DNA from: an uncultured Chloroflexia bacterium | Lineage (GTDB): Bacteria; Chloroflexota; Chloroflexia; Thermomicrobiales; UBA6265 | Assembly (NCBI GenBank): GCA_963724295.1 | Contig: CAVRUC010000007.1 | Location: 768,001 to 832,000, forward strand | Reading direction: 5' to 3' | DNA: 64,000 nt | Shown: positions 40,247-50,161 of the stretch, one piece after another | Position numbering within the stretch: the first letter of the stretch is position 1 | Layout of the letters: every line of letters begins with the position of its first letter | Position numbers and translations under genes: made by a program | The notes under the pieces: model-generated | Told to the model about the DNA's origin: nothing | Databases searched by the model: none | Seen by the model: only the letters and a program-made list of their open reading frames with translations

Positions 40247-43147
40247 ATGGCCCCTCTTCCCGGCGGCACCGTCGCCTTCCTCTTCACGGATATCGAGGGC
40301 AGTACCGCGCTCTGGGAGCGAGGCCGCCAAGCGATGTCGGCCGCGGTCGATCGCCACTTCGCGATCCTTGGCGAAGCCGTCGCCGCCCAGGATGGAGTCC
40401 TGTTCAAGACGATAGGTGATGCCGCCCAGGCGGCCTTCCCAACGGTTCCGAACGCGATAGCCGCCGCCATCGCCGCCCAGATCGCCTTGCGGCGGGAGGA
40501 TTGGGGTGAGCTTGGTCCCCTGCGTTCGCGGATGGCGATTCACGCTGGTGAGGCCACGCCGAAAGATGGCGACTATCTCGCCCCCGCACTCAATCGCCTC
40601 TCCCGCGTGCTTGCCACCGGCTACGGCGAGCAGATCCTGCTGACCGATACGGCGCGCGCCCTGGCCACAGCACTTCCTCTCGGCTATGCCCTACAGGATC
40701 TGGGCAAGCATCGGCTACGGGACCTTATCGAGGCGGAACGTATCTTTCAGCTCTGCGGACCGGGATTACCGCCCGATTTTCCGCCTCTGAAGAGCCTCGA
40801 TCAGCAGTCGACCAACCTCCCCACCCAGCCGACCGCGCTGATCGGCCGGGAGCGCGAGCTTGCTGCTTTACGCACCGTGCTCTCTGCTCAGGAAACCCGG
40901 CTCATCACACTGGTGGGTCCGGGAGGGACCGGCAAGACCCGGCTCGCCCTGCAGGCGGCCGCCGAATCGCTGGAGCACTTCGCCGACGGAGTCTGGTGGG
41001 TACCACTGGCGACAGTCTCCGATCCAGAGAATGTGGCCCAGGCGATCGCTGCCCCCCTTGGCATCCGCGAGGGTCCGGCCCAACCGCTGCTGGAGAGCCT
41101 GGCTGCTCACCTGAGCTCGCGCCAAACCCTGCTCCTGCTGGACAACTTCGAGCACCTCCGGGACGCTGCTCCGCAGATCCAACACCTGCTCCACTCCGCG
41201 CCGGGGCTCGTCGTGCTCGTCACCAGCCGGGAACCGTTGCGCCTGCGTGCGGAGCGGGAGTTTCCCATCGATCCGCTGCCGCTTCCGGTCTCGGACGTTG
41301 GCATCTCGGTCAAGGATGCGCTCGACGCCGCTGCGGTACGGCTCTTCGTGGAACGGGCGCAGGCGCGCAAACCATCATTCGCGTTGGACGACGCCAACGT
41401 CGCCGACGTGGTGGCCATCTGCCGTCGCCTCGATGGACTGCCACTCGCCATCGAGCTGGCTGCTGCACGCGTGCGCATTCTCACGCCGGCCGCCCTGCTG
41501 GCGCGGCTCGACCAACGCCTTTCGATCCTCACCGGCGGCGCGCGAGATCTGCCCGAGCGGCAGCAGACGCTCCGGGCGGCGATTGCCTGGAGCTACGATC
41601 TTCTGGTGCCCCCCGAGCAAGCCCTCTTTGCCCGGTTAGCGGTCTTTGCCGGCGGGTGCACGATCGAGGGAGCAGAAGCTGTTTGCAGCGCCAGTGGGGG
41701 CCTCCCCCTCGATCTGCTCGACGGGATCGACTCACTCGTCCAGAAGAGTCTGCTGCGGCAGGAGGAAGGGCCCGGTGGCGATCCCCGCTTCACCATGTTG
41801 GAGACGATCCGGGAGTTCGCCCAGGAGCGCCTGAACGAGCTGCCGGAGGCCGATGCGCTGCGCCAGGCCCACGCCGATACGTTGCTCGACCTAGCCGAGA
41901 CCGTCAACCAGGAGGATGTCTCCGCGGAAGTCGATCTCCTCCTCCGGCTGCAAGCCGATCACGCCAATTTTCGCCAGGCGATCGCGTACTACACGAGTCA
42001 GGGTTCGGCTGGCCTGGCCAAACGAGTGCGCCTCGTAGCCGCCCTCGCCCACTTCTGGCGGACGCACGGACATCTCGCCGAAGGCCGTCGCGAGCTCGAG
42101 GAGGCGATCGCGGCCGACGGCGACATTCCACCCGCTCAGCGTGCGCCCGCGATCAAGGGCGCCGCCCTCCTCGCCGAAGCACAGGGGGATCTGGACGGGG
42201 CGGAGCGTCTCAACGAACAGGTCCTGGCACTCCAGCGCGAGACGGGTGATATGGCCGGTGTCGCGGACTCGCTGACCGGGCTCGGTGTGATTGCCCGCCA
42301 GCGGGGCGACCTGAAGACCGCGCGCTCGCGTCACCAGGAGGCATTGGATGCATGGCGGGTCGCCGGCGATGCGGCAGGAACGGCTGGTGCGCTCCTCGAC
42401 CTGGGTATGATCCGTCATTTTGAGGGGGACTACGCAGGCGCCGAACCGGCGTTGCAGGAGAGCCTGGGCCTGTTCCGGCGACTCGGCGACGATTTGGGGG
42501 AGGCCCATGCGTTGCACTATCTCGGGGTTCTTGCCATGGCGACAGCCAGCCTGCCCGAGGCGATCAAGTGGTTCGGGGAGAGTCTCCGCCTCTGGCACGC
42601 CATGAGCATTCGGCAGATGATCGCCACCGATTTCGCCAATCTCGGCGAAGCGCAACATCTCAGCGGTGTGCTCGACGAGGCGGAGCGTCTCTATCGGGAT
42701 GCGCTCGCCCTTTTCGAAACACTCGGCGATCCCCGCGGCCAGGGCTTCGTTCTGGGCCAGATCGGTCTGCTCGCGCTCGATCGTGGGAATGCGACGGAGG
42801 CCCGGCAGCTGCTGTGTGAAAGCCTGCGGCTCCTATGGTATGCGGGCCTGCGTGGCTCCGCCGCCGATGCGCTCCAGGGGCTGGCCGAAGCGACCTGGCG
42901 CCTGGGAGAGCTTGACGTCGCCGCCACGCTCCTTCAGGCGGCCGACGGCTTGCGGGAGGAGACGGGTCTCGTGCGGCAGCCGGTCTACGAGGCGCGTTAC
43001 CAGCGGGTCCTGGCCGCCGTCGGCGACCACATAACCACGGCGCCCCCCGATATCGATCAGACGGTGGCCACGGCAATCCAGCAAAGCGGATATCGCCGTC
43101 CGTGCCTCCCGGTAGGAGTTGTCCCACCGCACCCGCGCGGACGTTGA
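40247..43147 (+). CDS. class III adenylate cyclase - STAND NTPase - TPR protein (intact)
   Basis: FLFTDIEGST, FKTIGDA, NRLSR; GPGGTGKT, LLLLDNFE, GLPLAIELAAAR; tandem TPRs. Confidence 0.9.
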   Translation: MAPLPGGTVAFLFTDIEGSTALWERGRQAMSAAVDRHFAILGEAVAAQDGVLFKTIGDAAQAAFPTVPNAIAAAIAAQIALRREDWGELGPLRSRMAIHAGEATPKDGDYLAPALNRLSRVLATGYGEQILLTDTARALATALPLGYALQDLGKHRLRDLIEAERIFQLCGPGLPPDFPPLKSLDQQSTNLPTQPTALIGRERELAALRTVLSAQETRLITLVGPGGTGKTRLALQAAAESLEHFADGVWWVPLATVSDPENVAQAIAAPLGIREGPAQPLLESLAAHLSSRQTLLLLDNFEHLRDAAPQIQHLLHSAPGLVVLVTSREPLRLRAEREFPIDPLPLPVSDVGISVKDALDAAAVRLFVERAQARKPSFALDDANVADVVAICRRLDGLPLAIELAAARVRILTPAALLARLDQRLSILTGGARDLPERQQTLRAAIAWSYDLLVPPEQALFARLAVFAGGCTIEGAEAVCSASGGLPLDLLDGIDSLVQKSLLRQEEGPGGDPRFTMLETIREFAQERLNELPEADALRQAHADTLLDLAETVNQEDVSAEVDLLLRLQADHANFRQAIAYYTSQGSAGLAKRVRLVAALAHFWRTHGHLAEGRRELEEAIAADGDIPPAQRAPAIKGAALLAEAQGDLDGAERLNEQVLALQRETGDMAGVADSLTGLGVIARQRGDLKTARSRHQEALDAWRVAGDAAGTAGALLDLGMIRHFEGDYAGAEPALQESLGLFRRLGDDLGEAHALHYLGVLAMATASLPEAIKWFGESLRLWHAMSIRQMIATDFANLGEAQHLSGVLDEAERLYRDALALFETLGDPRGQGFVLGQIGLLALDRGNATEARQLLCESLRLLWYAGLRGSAADALQGLAEATWRLGELDVAATLLQAADGLREETGLVRQPVYEARYQRVLAAVGDHITTAPPDIDQTVATAIQQSGYRRPCLPVGVVPPHPRGR

Positions 43148-43208
43148 CTCAAGGCTTCGCTGACGGACTCTGGCAGTCAGCCGCGTGATTCGCGAAGTTC
43201 AGCCTGCG

Positions 43209-43700
43209 CTAGCGACGGCGGTAGCTGCCCACGATCGCGGACGGGCCGATTGGATTACAGTTCTCGCAGGAGCCCTCGCAGCAGGTTTGAGTTCCAGACG
43301 CCGTCTCGCAGACGACCAGTTTCGGTCCACTGCAGCAGAACACCTTGGTGGGGTTGGTTACGTCACCGGTCTGGAAACACTGCCCCTGGCAGCAGCTGCC
43401 GCCACAGCTACAGAACCCGCCCTTACAGCAGAACTCCGCCTTCTCGGTGGAGGGCACCGGGTATTTCTCGCACGCCAGAGTTGCGCATAGCCTGTCAAAC
43501 GCGTGGCCCTTGCCCTTACCGGTTTCATGGCCGCTGCCACCGTCCTTGCTGTGGCCCTTCCCCTTGGCCTTGCCGGGCTCGGCGAAGACCGATGAGCCAT
43601 GACCAAGGAGGGTAGCGCCGAGGATCAGGCCGAGCACGCCCCGGCGGGGTCTTGCGGACGCAAGGGCGCGGCTGAGCGCATCAAATCGTTCGTGGTCCAT
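43209..43700 (-). CDS. secreted Cys-rich protein (RFDxLxRxL / twin-Arg-like leader; 16 Cys; ends RRR)
   Basis: ATG 43700 after GAGAAGGG; MDHERFDALSRALASARPRRGVLGLILG...VFA signal; FCCKGGFCSCGGSCC core. Confidence 0.8.
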   Translation of the reverse strand: MDHERFDALSRALASARPRRGVLGLILGATLLGHGSSVFAEPGKAKGKGHSKDGGSGHETGKGKGHAFDRLCATLACEKYPVPSTEKAEFCCKGGFCSCGGSCCQGQCFQTGDVTNPTKVFCCSGPKLVVCETASGTQTCCEGSCENCNPIGPSAIVGSYRRR

Positions 43701-44084
43701 CGTGGCGCAGCCCTTCTCACACATCGTGTGCTGAAGACCGAATCGAGCGTGGTCGGGAAACTTGCGCGCTAGTGTAGTGCAGTCGAGTCCAACACTGTCG
43801 AGCCCACGTTCGACAGGATGATGGCTCTGACCCAGCAACGGTGTCATTCCGAGCCCGCAGGCGAACTTGCAGAATCTCGGCGATTCAGAAAACGCGGCTC
43901 GCGGCCGAGATGCTGCAAGTGCACGTTCGTGCCTCAGCATGGCACCTGTACGCTGTCGCGGGACTGATCCTTGCATGGCTCGATGGGTTTGAAGGCGAGG
44001 TGGAGAGAGACATCGGGGACGCCGGGGTCTCAACTGGAAATGAGTCCCGTGGCAAAGAGTTTGATCTTCGCGGTTCCCAAAAAG

Positions 44085-44128
44085 TTCAAACTCTTCAAAC
44101 TCTTCAAACTCTTCAAATTCTTCGAATC
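44085..44128. repeat. 9-bp tandem repeat (TTCAAACTC x3 plus degenerate copies)
   Basis: Directly visible; AT-rich in a GC-rich background. Confidence 0.8.
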
Positions 44129-44152
44129 GCCAGCAAGACGTGGTCGATCGCT

Positions 44153-45739
44153 CTAATCGCCCAGGAGCGTCGATGCCAGGCGCGGATCCTCCCCTTCGGT
44201 CACGGTGACGCGCTCGACCTCGGGAATCACGCCTCCGGCGACCCAGTGCATCACGTCGGCTTTGGTCGCCTCACCGCGGGCGAACTCGCGGATGACACGC
44301 CCTTTGTGAAATACCAGGATGCGGTCGCAGACTCCGATGGTCTCCTCGATCTCCGAGGAGGTGAACAGCAGGGCCAACCCCTGCCGGGCTAGCTCGTCGC
44401 ACAGAAAATAGATCTCGGATTTCGCCCCGACGTCGATACCGCGCGTCGGGTCATTGAGGATCAGAATCTCGGGACCAGTCGCCAGCCATTTGGCGACGAC
44501 CACCTTTTGCTGGTTGCCGCCTGACAGATTGATCACCCGTTTGTCGATGCTATCGGTGGCCACGTTGAGCTTCCGCACGTAGTCGATCGCAAGTCCCCGC
44601 TCGCGGTCCCGGTCGATCATCCCCAGCCGGTCGAGGAGCTTGTCGAGCACAGCCAGGCTCGAGTTGCGCCGGATCGACCAGGAGGTCATCAACCCCTCGT
44701 CCCGGCGATTGGCCGGGATCAGCGCCAACCCATTGCGAATGGCTTCGAAGGGGGATCGTGGCGCGGCGCTGCGGCCCTTGTAGACCACTTCTCCCGCGGT
44801 CGGTTTGGCCAAACCAAAAAGAACCTGAAAGACGTCGTTGATCCCGGAGCCCTCGAGTCCGGCGAACCCCAGGATCTCCCCGGCACGGACCTCGAAGTCA
44901 ACCGGTCCAACCTGGCTGCCGGTGCGCAGCCCGCGCACGGCGACGACGACGGGCGCCTCCGCCGCAACGGCCTCGCGGTGAGGAAAGGTCTCACCCAGGT
45001 GTCGCCCGATCATCTGGGCGATCACGTCGGGGATCGACGTTTCGGCAACGGACCAGGTTCCCTGATAGCGACCATCGCGAATGACCGAGATGCGGTCGGC
45101 AATGGCAAAGACTTCCTCCAGGCGATGCGAGACATAGATGATGGTCAGTCCCTTGTCCCGCAGCCGGCGCAGCAGCGCGAAAAGCCGTTCCGTCTCGGCG
45201 GCGCTGAGGGCCGAATTCGGCTCGTCCATGATGATGATCGCGGACTGTTGCTCCAGCGTTCGCGCTATCTCGACGAGCTGCTTTTCGGCAACGGAGAGCC
45301 TTCCCACCTTGGCATGAGGATCGAGATCGACGCCCATGGCGTCGAGAACCCGCTTCGTCGCCGTCACCATCTGACGTTCGTCGAGCAGCCCCGGTCCGTG
45401 GGTCACTTCGCGATTCGCGAAGATATTGGCTGCCACCGACAGATGAGGAAAAAGATTCAGCTCCTGAAAGACGATGCTGACGCCGAGCTTCCTGGCCTGC
45501 AAGGGATCGCCGATGACGACCGGTTCGCCACGCAGGATGAGCGACCCACTGTCCGGCTGGTACACGCCAGCCAGCATCTTCATGATCGTCGACTTGCCGG
45601 CGCCGTTCTCCCCCACGACCGCGTGGATCTCACCAGGAGAGATTCCGAACGAGACCTCATTGACCGCGACGATGCCGCCGAAGCGTTTGGTGACCCGGTC
45701 CAGCCGGATGATGTCCTCGGTCGAGTTGGATTCAGTCAT
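44153..45739 (-). CDS. monosaccharide ABC transporter ATP-binding protein (RbsA-like)
   Basis: GENGAGKST, MDEP, SHRLEE, LSGGNQQKV, PTRGIDVGAK. Confidence 0.93.
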   Translation of the reverse strand: MTESNSTEDIIRLDRVTKRFGGIVAVNEVSFGISPGEIHAVVGENGAGKSTIMKMLAGVYQPDSGSLILRGEPVVIGDPLQARKLGVSIVFQELNLFPHLSVAANIFANREVTHGPGLLDERQMVTATKRVLDAMGVDLDPHAKVGRLSVAEKQLVEIARTLEQQSAIIIMDEPNSALSAAETERLFALLRRLRDKGLTIIYVSHRLEEVFAIADRISVIRDGRYQGTWSVAETSIPDVIAQMIGRHLGETFPHREAVAAEAPVVVAVRGLRTGSQVGPVDFEVRAGEILGFAGLEGSGINDVFQVLFGLAKPTAGEVVYKGRSAAPRSPFEAIRNGLALIPANRRDEGLMTSWSIRRNSSLAVLDKLLDRLGMIDRDRERGLAIDYVRKLNVATDSIDKRVINLSGGNQQKVVVAKWLATGPEILILNDPTRGIDVGAKSEIYFLCDELARQGLALLFTSSEIEETIGVCDRILVFHKGRVIREFARGEATKADVMHWVAGGVIPEVERVTVTEGEDPRLASTLLGD

Positions 45740-45765
45740 GGCGATGCTTGTCGTGCCTGGCCATT

Positions 45766-45810
45766 CCCCCCTCTCCCGGCTCGACGGGAGAGGGGGTCAG
45801 GGGGTGAGGG
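45766..45810. repeat. REP-like palindrome, same family as 34069-34175
   Basis: CCCCCCTCTCCCG..CGGGAGAGGGGG-TCAGGGGGTGAGGG. Confidence 0.65.
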
Positions 45811-45855
45811 CGTACCGCCGCGATACGTCGCCCTCACCCGAAAACCGCTCAATAG

Positions 45856-46974
45856 TTACGGTTCCGGAGTAGCGCGAGGCATTCCCGGGTGTCGCAGATC
45901 ATCATACGGCCGGGCTACGGCTTCGAGATCTGCGTAGTTCTCGGCTAGGTACTCCTGGTAGTAGTCGTACTGCACTTGATTGTCTGTCTGCCGCGCGACG
46001 TAGTCGTCGACGTTCTCAGCCGTCACGATCTCGGTCGGGACCTCGATCCAGGCCTCCACGAGCGGCGTCCCGTTGATCAGGTGCTCAGCGAGCATGCGCA
46101 CCGGCAGATAGCCCTGCAGGTACTCCTGCTGGCCGAGAGTCACCTGGGCCCATCCGTCCTTGATCGCCTGCAGCGTCGGAGGATCGAGGTCGTAGCCGCC
46201 AATCAGCCACGAACCACCTGAGCGCTCCTTGATCTGGGAGAGGTTCGTGATATCCATCGAGCAGAGGCCGATGGCGCCGACCGCGTCGGGATTGGCCGCC
46301 AGGAAGTTCTCCCAGCGACTGTAGTTCTCCGGCAAGGGAATCTGGACGTCCTGCGTCTCAAGGATCTCGAAATTGGTTCCCTCGAATGCCTTGCGGACTC
46401 CAGCATCGCGATCCTGTAGTACTTGCGCCGCAGGAACGCAGGTGCCCATGGCGATCTTGCCTTCGGAGATGCCTGCTTCTTCGAACGCCTTGAGCATCTC
46501 CTCGCCCAGAATGACGCCGGAGTTGTACTCATCTTGGCCGACCCACGCGGTCAGCGCGGTTTCCAGCCCGGTCACGTTTGCGCCAACCATTGGCACACCC
46601 GCGTCGGCCGCTTGCTGGATCGGGGTGATCCATAGGTCGCCTGGATTTGTGACGACGGCGATGCCATCGAATCCGCGTTGCAACGCGGTCTCGAAGAGCG
46701 CCTGGTGCGTCGGAGTGTCAAAGGACGCGTCGCCAAAGACCTCGAGCGTGACGCCCATATCTCGCGCCGCGTCTTCGGCGCCGGTCTTCATACGCTCGGT
46801 GAAGGTATTCAACCCGTGCAGGACGTATGCAATTTCGACGTCGCTGTGATCCGCCGCGGGCGTTGCATCCTGGGCCCCTGCAGTGGTACCGAGGACCGGC
46901 GTTGCAACAAGGAAAAGTGCCAGCGTCAATGCAAATAACGTGCGTAGTCGATTCACTTCAGTGCTCCCTTGCAT
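45856..46974 (-). CDS. sugar ABC substrate-binding protein (Peripla_BP type I)
   Basis: Signal peptide AGAQ, WVGQD, GGYD, GQQEYLQGY. Confidence 0.85.
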   Translation of the reverse strand: MQGSTEVNRLRTLFALTLALFLVATPVLGTTAGAQDATPAADHSDVEIAYVLHGLNTFTERMKTGAEDAARDMGVTLEVFGDASFDTPTHQALFETALQRGFDGIAVVTNPGDLWITPIQQAADAGVPMVGANVTGLETALTAWVGQDEYNSGVILGEEMLKAFEEAGISEGKIAMGTCVPAAQVLQDRDAGVRKAFEGTNFEILETQDVQIPLPENYSRWENFLAANPDAVGAIGLCSMDITNLSQIKERSGGSWLIGGYDLDPPTLQAIKDGWAQVTLGQQEYLQGYLPVRMLAEHLINGTPLVEAWIEVPTEIVTAENVDDYVARQTDNQVQYDYYQEYLAENYADLEAVARPYDDLRHPGMPRATPEP

Positions 46975-47118
46975 CTGTCGCCCGGCATCAGGACGACCGC
47001 TTCATTTCCTGTCGCCGGGCTGTGAAACGCGTTTCAGACAGTCGATGTCCCACCGTTTGTCGTTCCCACCTCCCTTTCCCGCAAGGCCCAACTGAGCCAG
47101 GCACAATTCGGCGCAGTG

Positions 47119-48171
47119 CTAGGAGCGCCGCTTTATGAGGTAGTCGAGGGTCACGGCGGCAATGACCACGATCCCGGTGACGGCGGTAGACCACGCTGGA
47201 GGAACCGCCAGCAGCGCCAGCCCGTTCTGGATCAACGCAATGATCAGTGCCCCGAGGATGGCGCCCAATACCGAACCGGAGCCACCGGTCAACGCCGTAC
47301 CGCCGATGATTGTCGCCGCGATGACTCCGAGCTCCGTGCCAACGCCAACCGTCGGGTTGCCGTTGCGATTGAAAGCAAGAGCGACGACGGCAGCGATCCC
47401 GACGAAGAAACCCATCAGGGTCATGACCAGGATTCGGGTGCGCGAGATCCGAATACCGGAGAACAACGCGGCCTGGCGATTGCTGCCAATCGCCTGCACG
47501 CGGCGGCCGAACACCGTCTGGTTGAACAACACCCAGCCGACAATACCTACGATGAGCATGGCCCAGACGCTGATCCAAATACCGAGGACGGGGTCGCGAC
47601 CGCCGATCCAGTCAAAGAACCAGGTTTCGAGGTTGTAACCCGATACCGGCGTCGCATTGGTCACGACGAGTCCTAGACCGCGGTAGAGGCTGAGCGTCCC
47701 CAGAGTCACGATAATGGTCGGGATGCCGAGTGCGACACTCAGCACGCCGTTCAACAGCCCGCACACCGTCGCCACAACCATGCAGACGGCAACCGCGACC
47801 CAGATTTCATAGCCCTCGCGGAGCGCGATAGCCATCATTACGCTGCTCAACATCCAGATCGATCCGACGGAGAGATCGATGTCGCCCATAGCGATGACGA
47901 AGACCATCCCCACCGCCATGATCCCGACGTACGACGCCTGGCGCGAGACATTGATGACATTTTGCGCGGTAAGGAAGGTGTCCGGGACCAGCACGGCCAG
48001 CAACACGATCAGGATGATCAGGGCGCCAATGACGCCGATCTCGTCGACCTGGCCGATCCGGCGCGCCAGGGAGCGCAGCCCCCTTTGGGGCGGTTCTTCC
48101 CTGACAGGTAGCCCGATCGTCGACTCACCCATCGCCGTTGCCTCCACCCTTTCGCCGGACCTGCCGATCAC
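47119..48171 (-). CDS. monosaccharide ABC permease (RbsC-like)
   Basis: GDIDLSVGS, IVTLGT, AIGSN..AA..SGI, IIGGTALTGG.GS. Confidence 0.92.
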   Translation of the reverse strand: MIGRSGERVEATAMGESTIGLPVREEPPQRGLRSLARRIGQVDEIGVIGALIILIVLLAVLVPDTFLTAQNVINVSRQASYVGIMAVGMVFVIAMGDIDLSVGSIWMLSSVMMAIALREGYEIWVAVAVCMVVATVCGLLNGVLSVALGIPTIIVTLGTLSLYRGLGLVVTNATPVSGYNLETWFFDWIGGRDPVLGIWISVWAMLIVGIVGWVLFNQTVFGRRVQAIGSNRQAALFSGIRISRTRILVMTLMGFFVGIAAVVALAFNRNGNPTVGVGTELGVIAATIIGGTALTGGSGSVLGAILGALIIALIQNGLALLAVPPAWSTAVTGIVVIAAVTLDYLIKRRS

Positions 48172-48183
48172 CGCCGGTTGCGC

Positions 48184-50142
48184 TCATGCGGGGGCACTCT
48201 TGACATCGACGGTGGCCAACCCAAATGGCGGCAGGTCGATATTCACTGCCCCATCCGTCACGGCGACCGGTTGCGCTGAGCTCCGAAATTCGACTGGATT
48301 GGTGGCTGCGAGATAAACCGTTCGACCGTCGAGACGGCGGACAGTCGCGGTGTCCAGCCCCGGAATCTCCAGAGAGACGGACACCGGTTCATCGCCCATG
48401 TTCGCCAGGATGACACGCATCCGCTCGCCGTCGCGCAGCGCCAGCGCCTGCACGCGGAGCCCGTCGCCCAGCGTGACCGGCAGAATCTGTCCACCCGCGA
48501 GCTCGCCGACATCGGCCAGCACGTGATAGACGGGAAACACCATCCCCGGCCAGGAGTGGAACTTGCCGATGCGCAACGGGTGATCCCGCCGCTCGATGAG
48601 TCCTCTCCAGCCGGTGGTTTCGAAGTAGGTGAGGGCATCGACACCGGCGTTGCCGAGCGCGTTGAGGCTACCGGCAAGCCAGCCGGCGGCGAAGAGTGAT
48701 GGCTGGCGGTAATCGACTGACGAGGGCAGCTCGCCCGGGGCCGGTTCCGGATCTGGCCCGGTCGCGTTCGGATTGAACGGCGGGCGCAGGGTGATTGGCC
48801 CGACCACGAGCGGCCGGTCACCGACGATCGCGCGGGCGCTGCGAACGGTCTCGGGCTGAGCCGCCAGCGTCTCTGTCAGCGAGGCGTTGTCGAACGCATG
48901 CACCTGCGGATTGAGGGTGTAGCTGACCACGTCCATGGTGTCGAGCGGTAGCGTGGCGCGGTTCAGCTCGGTGAAATAGGCTCGCGTGCCACCACCAACG
49001 AGTGTCTCGACACCAGCCTGCGTGAGCGCCTCGCGCGCCGCGGCGAGGACCGTCTCATCGGTGACCATCTCCCCGCCGGCAAAGACCAGCACCCGGGCGA
49101 CGTCGACCTCTGATGCCGACAGGGTATCGGCGAGATCCTTCAGTCCAGCGCCGCCGGCGCCGGCGATCGCTTCGACCGCCAGGGCGGCGCCGAGCACCCC
49201 CGCTTCCTGTCTCGCCCGTGCCAGGGATTCCCGCCAGTCTGACTCCGTGAGGTCGAGCGCGACATGGAGATGTGCTGGCCGGAGCGCCCGCAGCAGTGCC
49301 ACGTCTTCGTCGCCGAGCGGCGCGCCGTGGCTGGCCACGCCGAGACCAATCGGCGGGATGGCTCGGCCGCGCGACGGATCGACGGTGACCCGCACCGGCC
49401 CGCCAGGTGCGGGAGTCGCGACCTCGCCGCCTCGCGCCTCGATCGTCACCCGCTGCCAGACTCGGTCTCCTTCGTGAATCTCAACCGGATACGGCAGCCG
49501 CAGCGGCGTCGAATAGGTCTTGTAGGAGGCGTCGGTCCAGTTGCGCTGATCCTCCATTTCCCAGAGGTCGCCTTCGAACCGGATCGAGATCTCACCGCTC
49601 GTCGTCGCGTGCGTGATCGACTGCATATCGATGAATGGCTGATGGGGTGAGATCAGGTCGGGAAACGCGCCCGCAACCGTGCCCCGCGGCGTCTCGACCG
49701 TGGCCTCGATACCGGCGAGCTCCATGGGATGGAGAACGCACCAGCCGATTCGGTTTCTCAGGAAGTTCTTGCGCGCCACGCCGTCCATCGTCGCGGTGAT
49801 CACGCCGTCGCGGCTGCCGGTGATCGACCCCTGCCATTTGAAATCGACGTCGTTGCTGACGTTCTCCGCGACGAAGCGCACCGCGAACCCATCGTCCTCC
49901 TGGTCCAGCTCATAGCTGAGGAATCTCGGCTCGATCGTGTTCCAGTTGCGGTCGCGGATCGCGGCGTAGAGGCGAAGCACGACAGTGTCGGCGCCCAGCT
50001 TCACATAGCGCAGATCGCCGCCTTCCAGAACGGCTGTCAATGGGCCGGCCCGTAGGTGGTGGCGTCGAGGCAGTGGCTCGTTCTGGCCATACTGGCTCAC
50101 CGGCGCCGGAAACGCGACTCGTTCTCCCTGGTGCTCAACCAT
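48184..50142 (-). CDS. D-apionate lactonase (ApnL)-like protein
   Basis: YGQNEP..LRAGPL..GDLRY..IRDRNW, NRIGWCVLHP, FEGDLWEMEDQRNWTDASYKTY, GGGTRAYFTELNR, QVHAFDN (family recalled from motifs, not searched). Confidence 0.7.
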   Translation of the reverse strand: MVEHQGERVAFPAPVSQYGQNEPLPRRHHLRAGPLTAVLEGGDLRYVKLGADTVVLRLYAAIRDRNWNTIEPRFLSYELDQEDDGFAVRFVAENVSNDVDFKWQGSITGSRDGVITATMDGVARKNFLRNRIGWCVLHPMELAGIEATVETPRGTVAGAFPDLISPHQPFIDMQSITHATTSGEISIRFEGDLWEMEDQRNWTDASYKTYSTPLRLPYPVEIHEGDRVWQRVTIEARGGEVATPAPGGPVRVTVDPSRGRAIPPIGLGVASHGAPLGDEDVALLRALRPAHLHVALDLTESDWRESLARARQEAGVLGAALAVEAIAGAGGAGLKDLADTLSASEVDVARVLVFAGGEMVTDETVLAAAREALTQAGVETLVGGGTRAYFTELNRATLPLDTMDVVSYTLNPQVHAFDNASLTETLAAQPETVRSARAIVGDRPLVVGPITLRPPFNPNATGPDPEPAPGELPSSVDYRQPSLFAAGWLAGSLNALGNAGVDALTYFETTGWRGLIERRDHPLRIGKFHSWPGMVFPVYHVLADVGELAGGQILPVTLGDGLRVQALALRDGERMRVILANMGDEPVSVSLEIPGLDTATVRRLDGRTVYLAATNPVEFRSSAQPVAVTDGAVNIDLPPFGLATVDVKSAPA

Positions 50143-50161
50143 GTCACTCTGGTCTCCGGGT

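Noticed and set aside
37178..43700. Integrative element or prophage at tRNA-Val
   Set aside because: No integrase or phage genes, and no duplicated tRNA 3' end seen downstream
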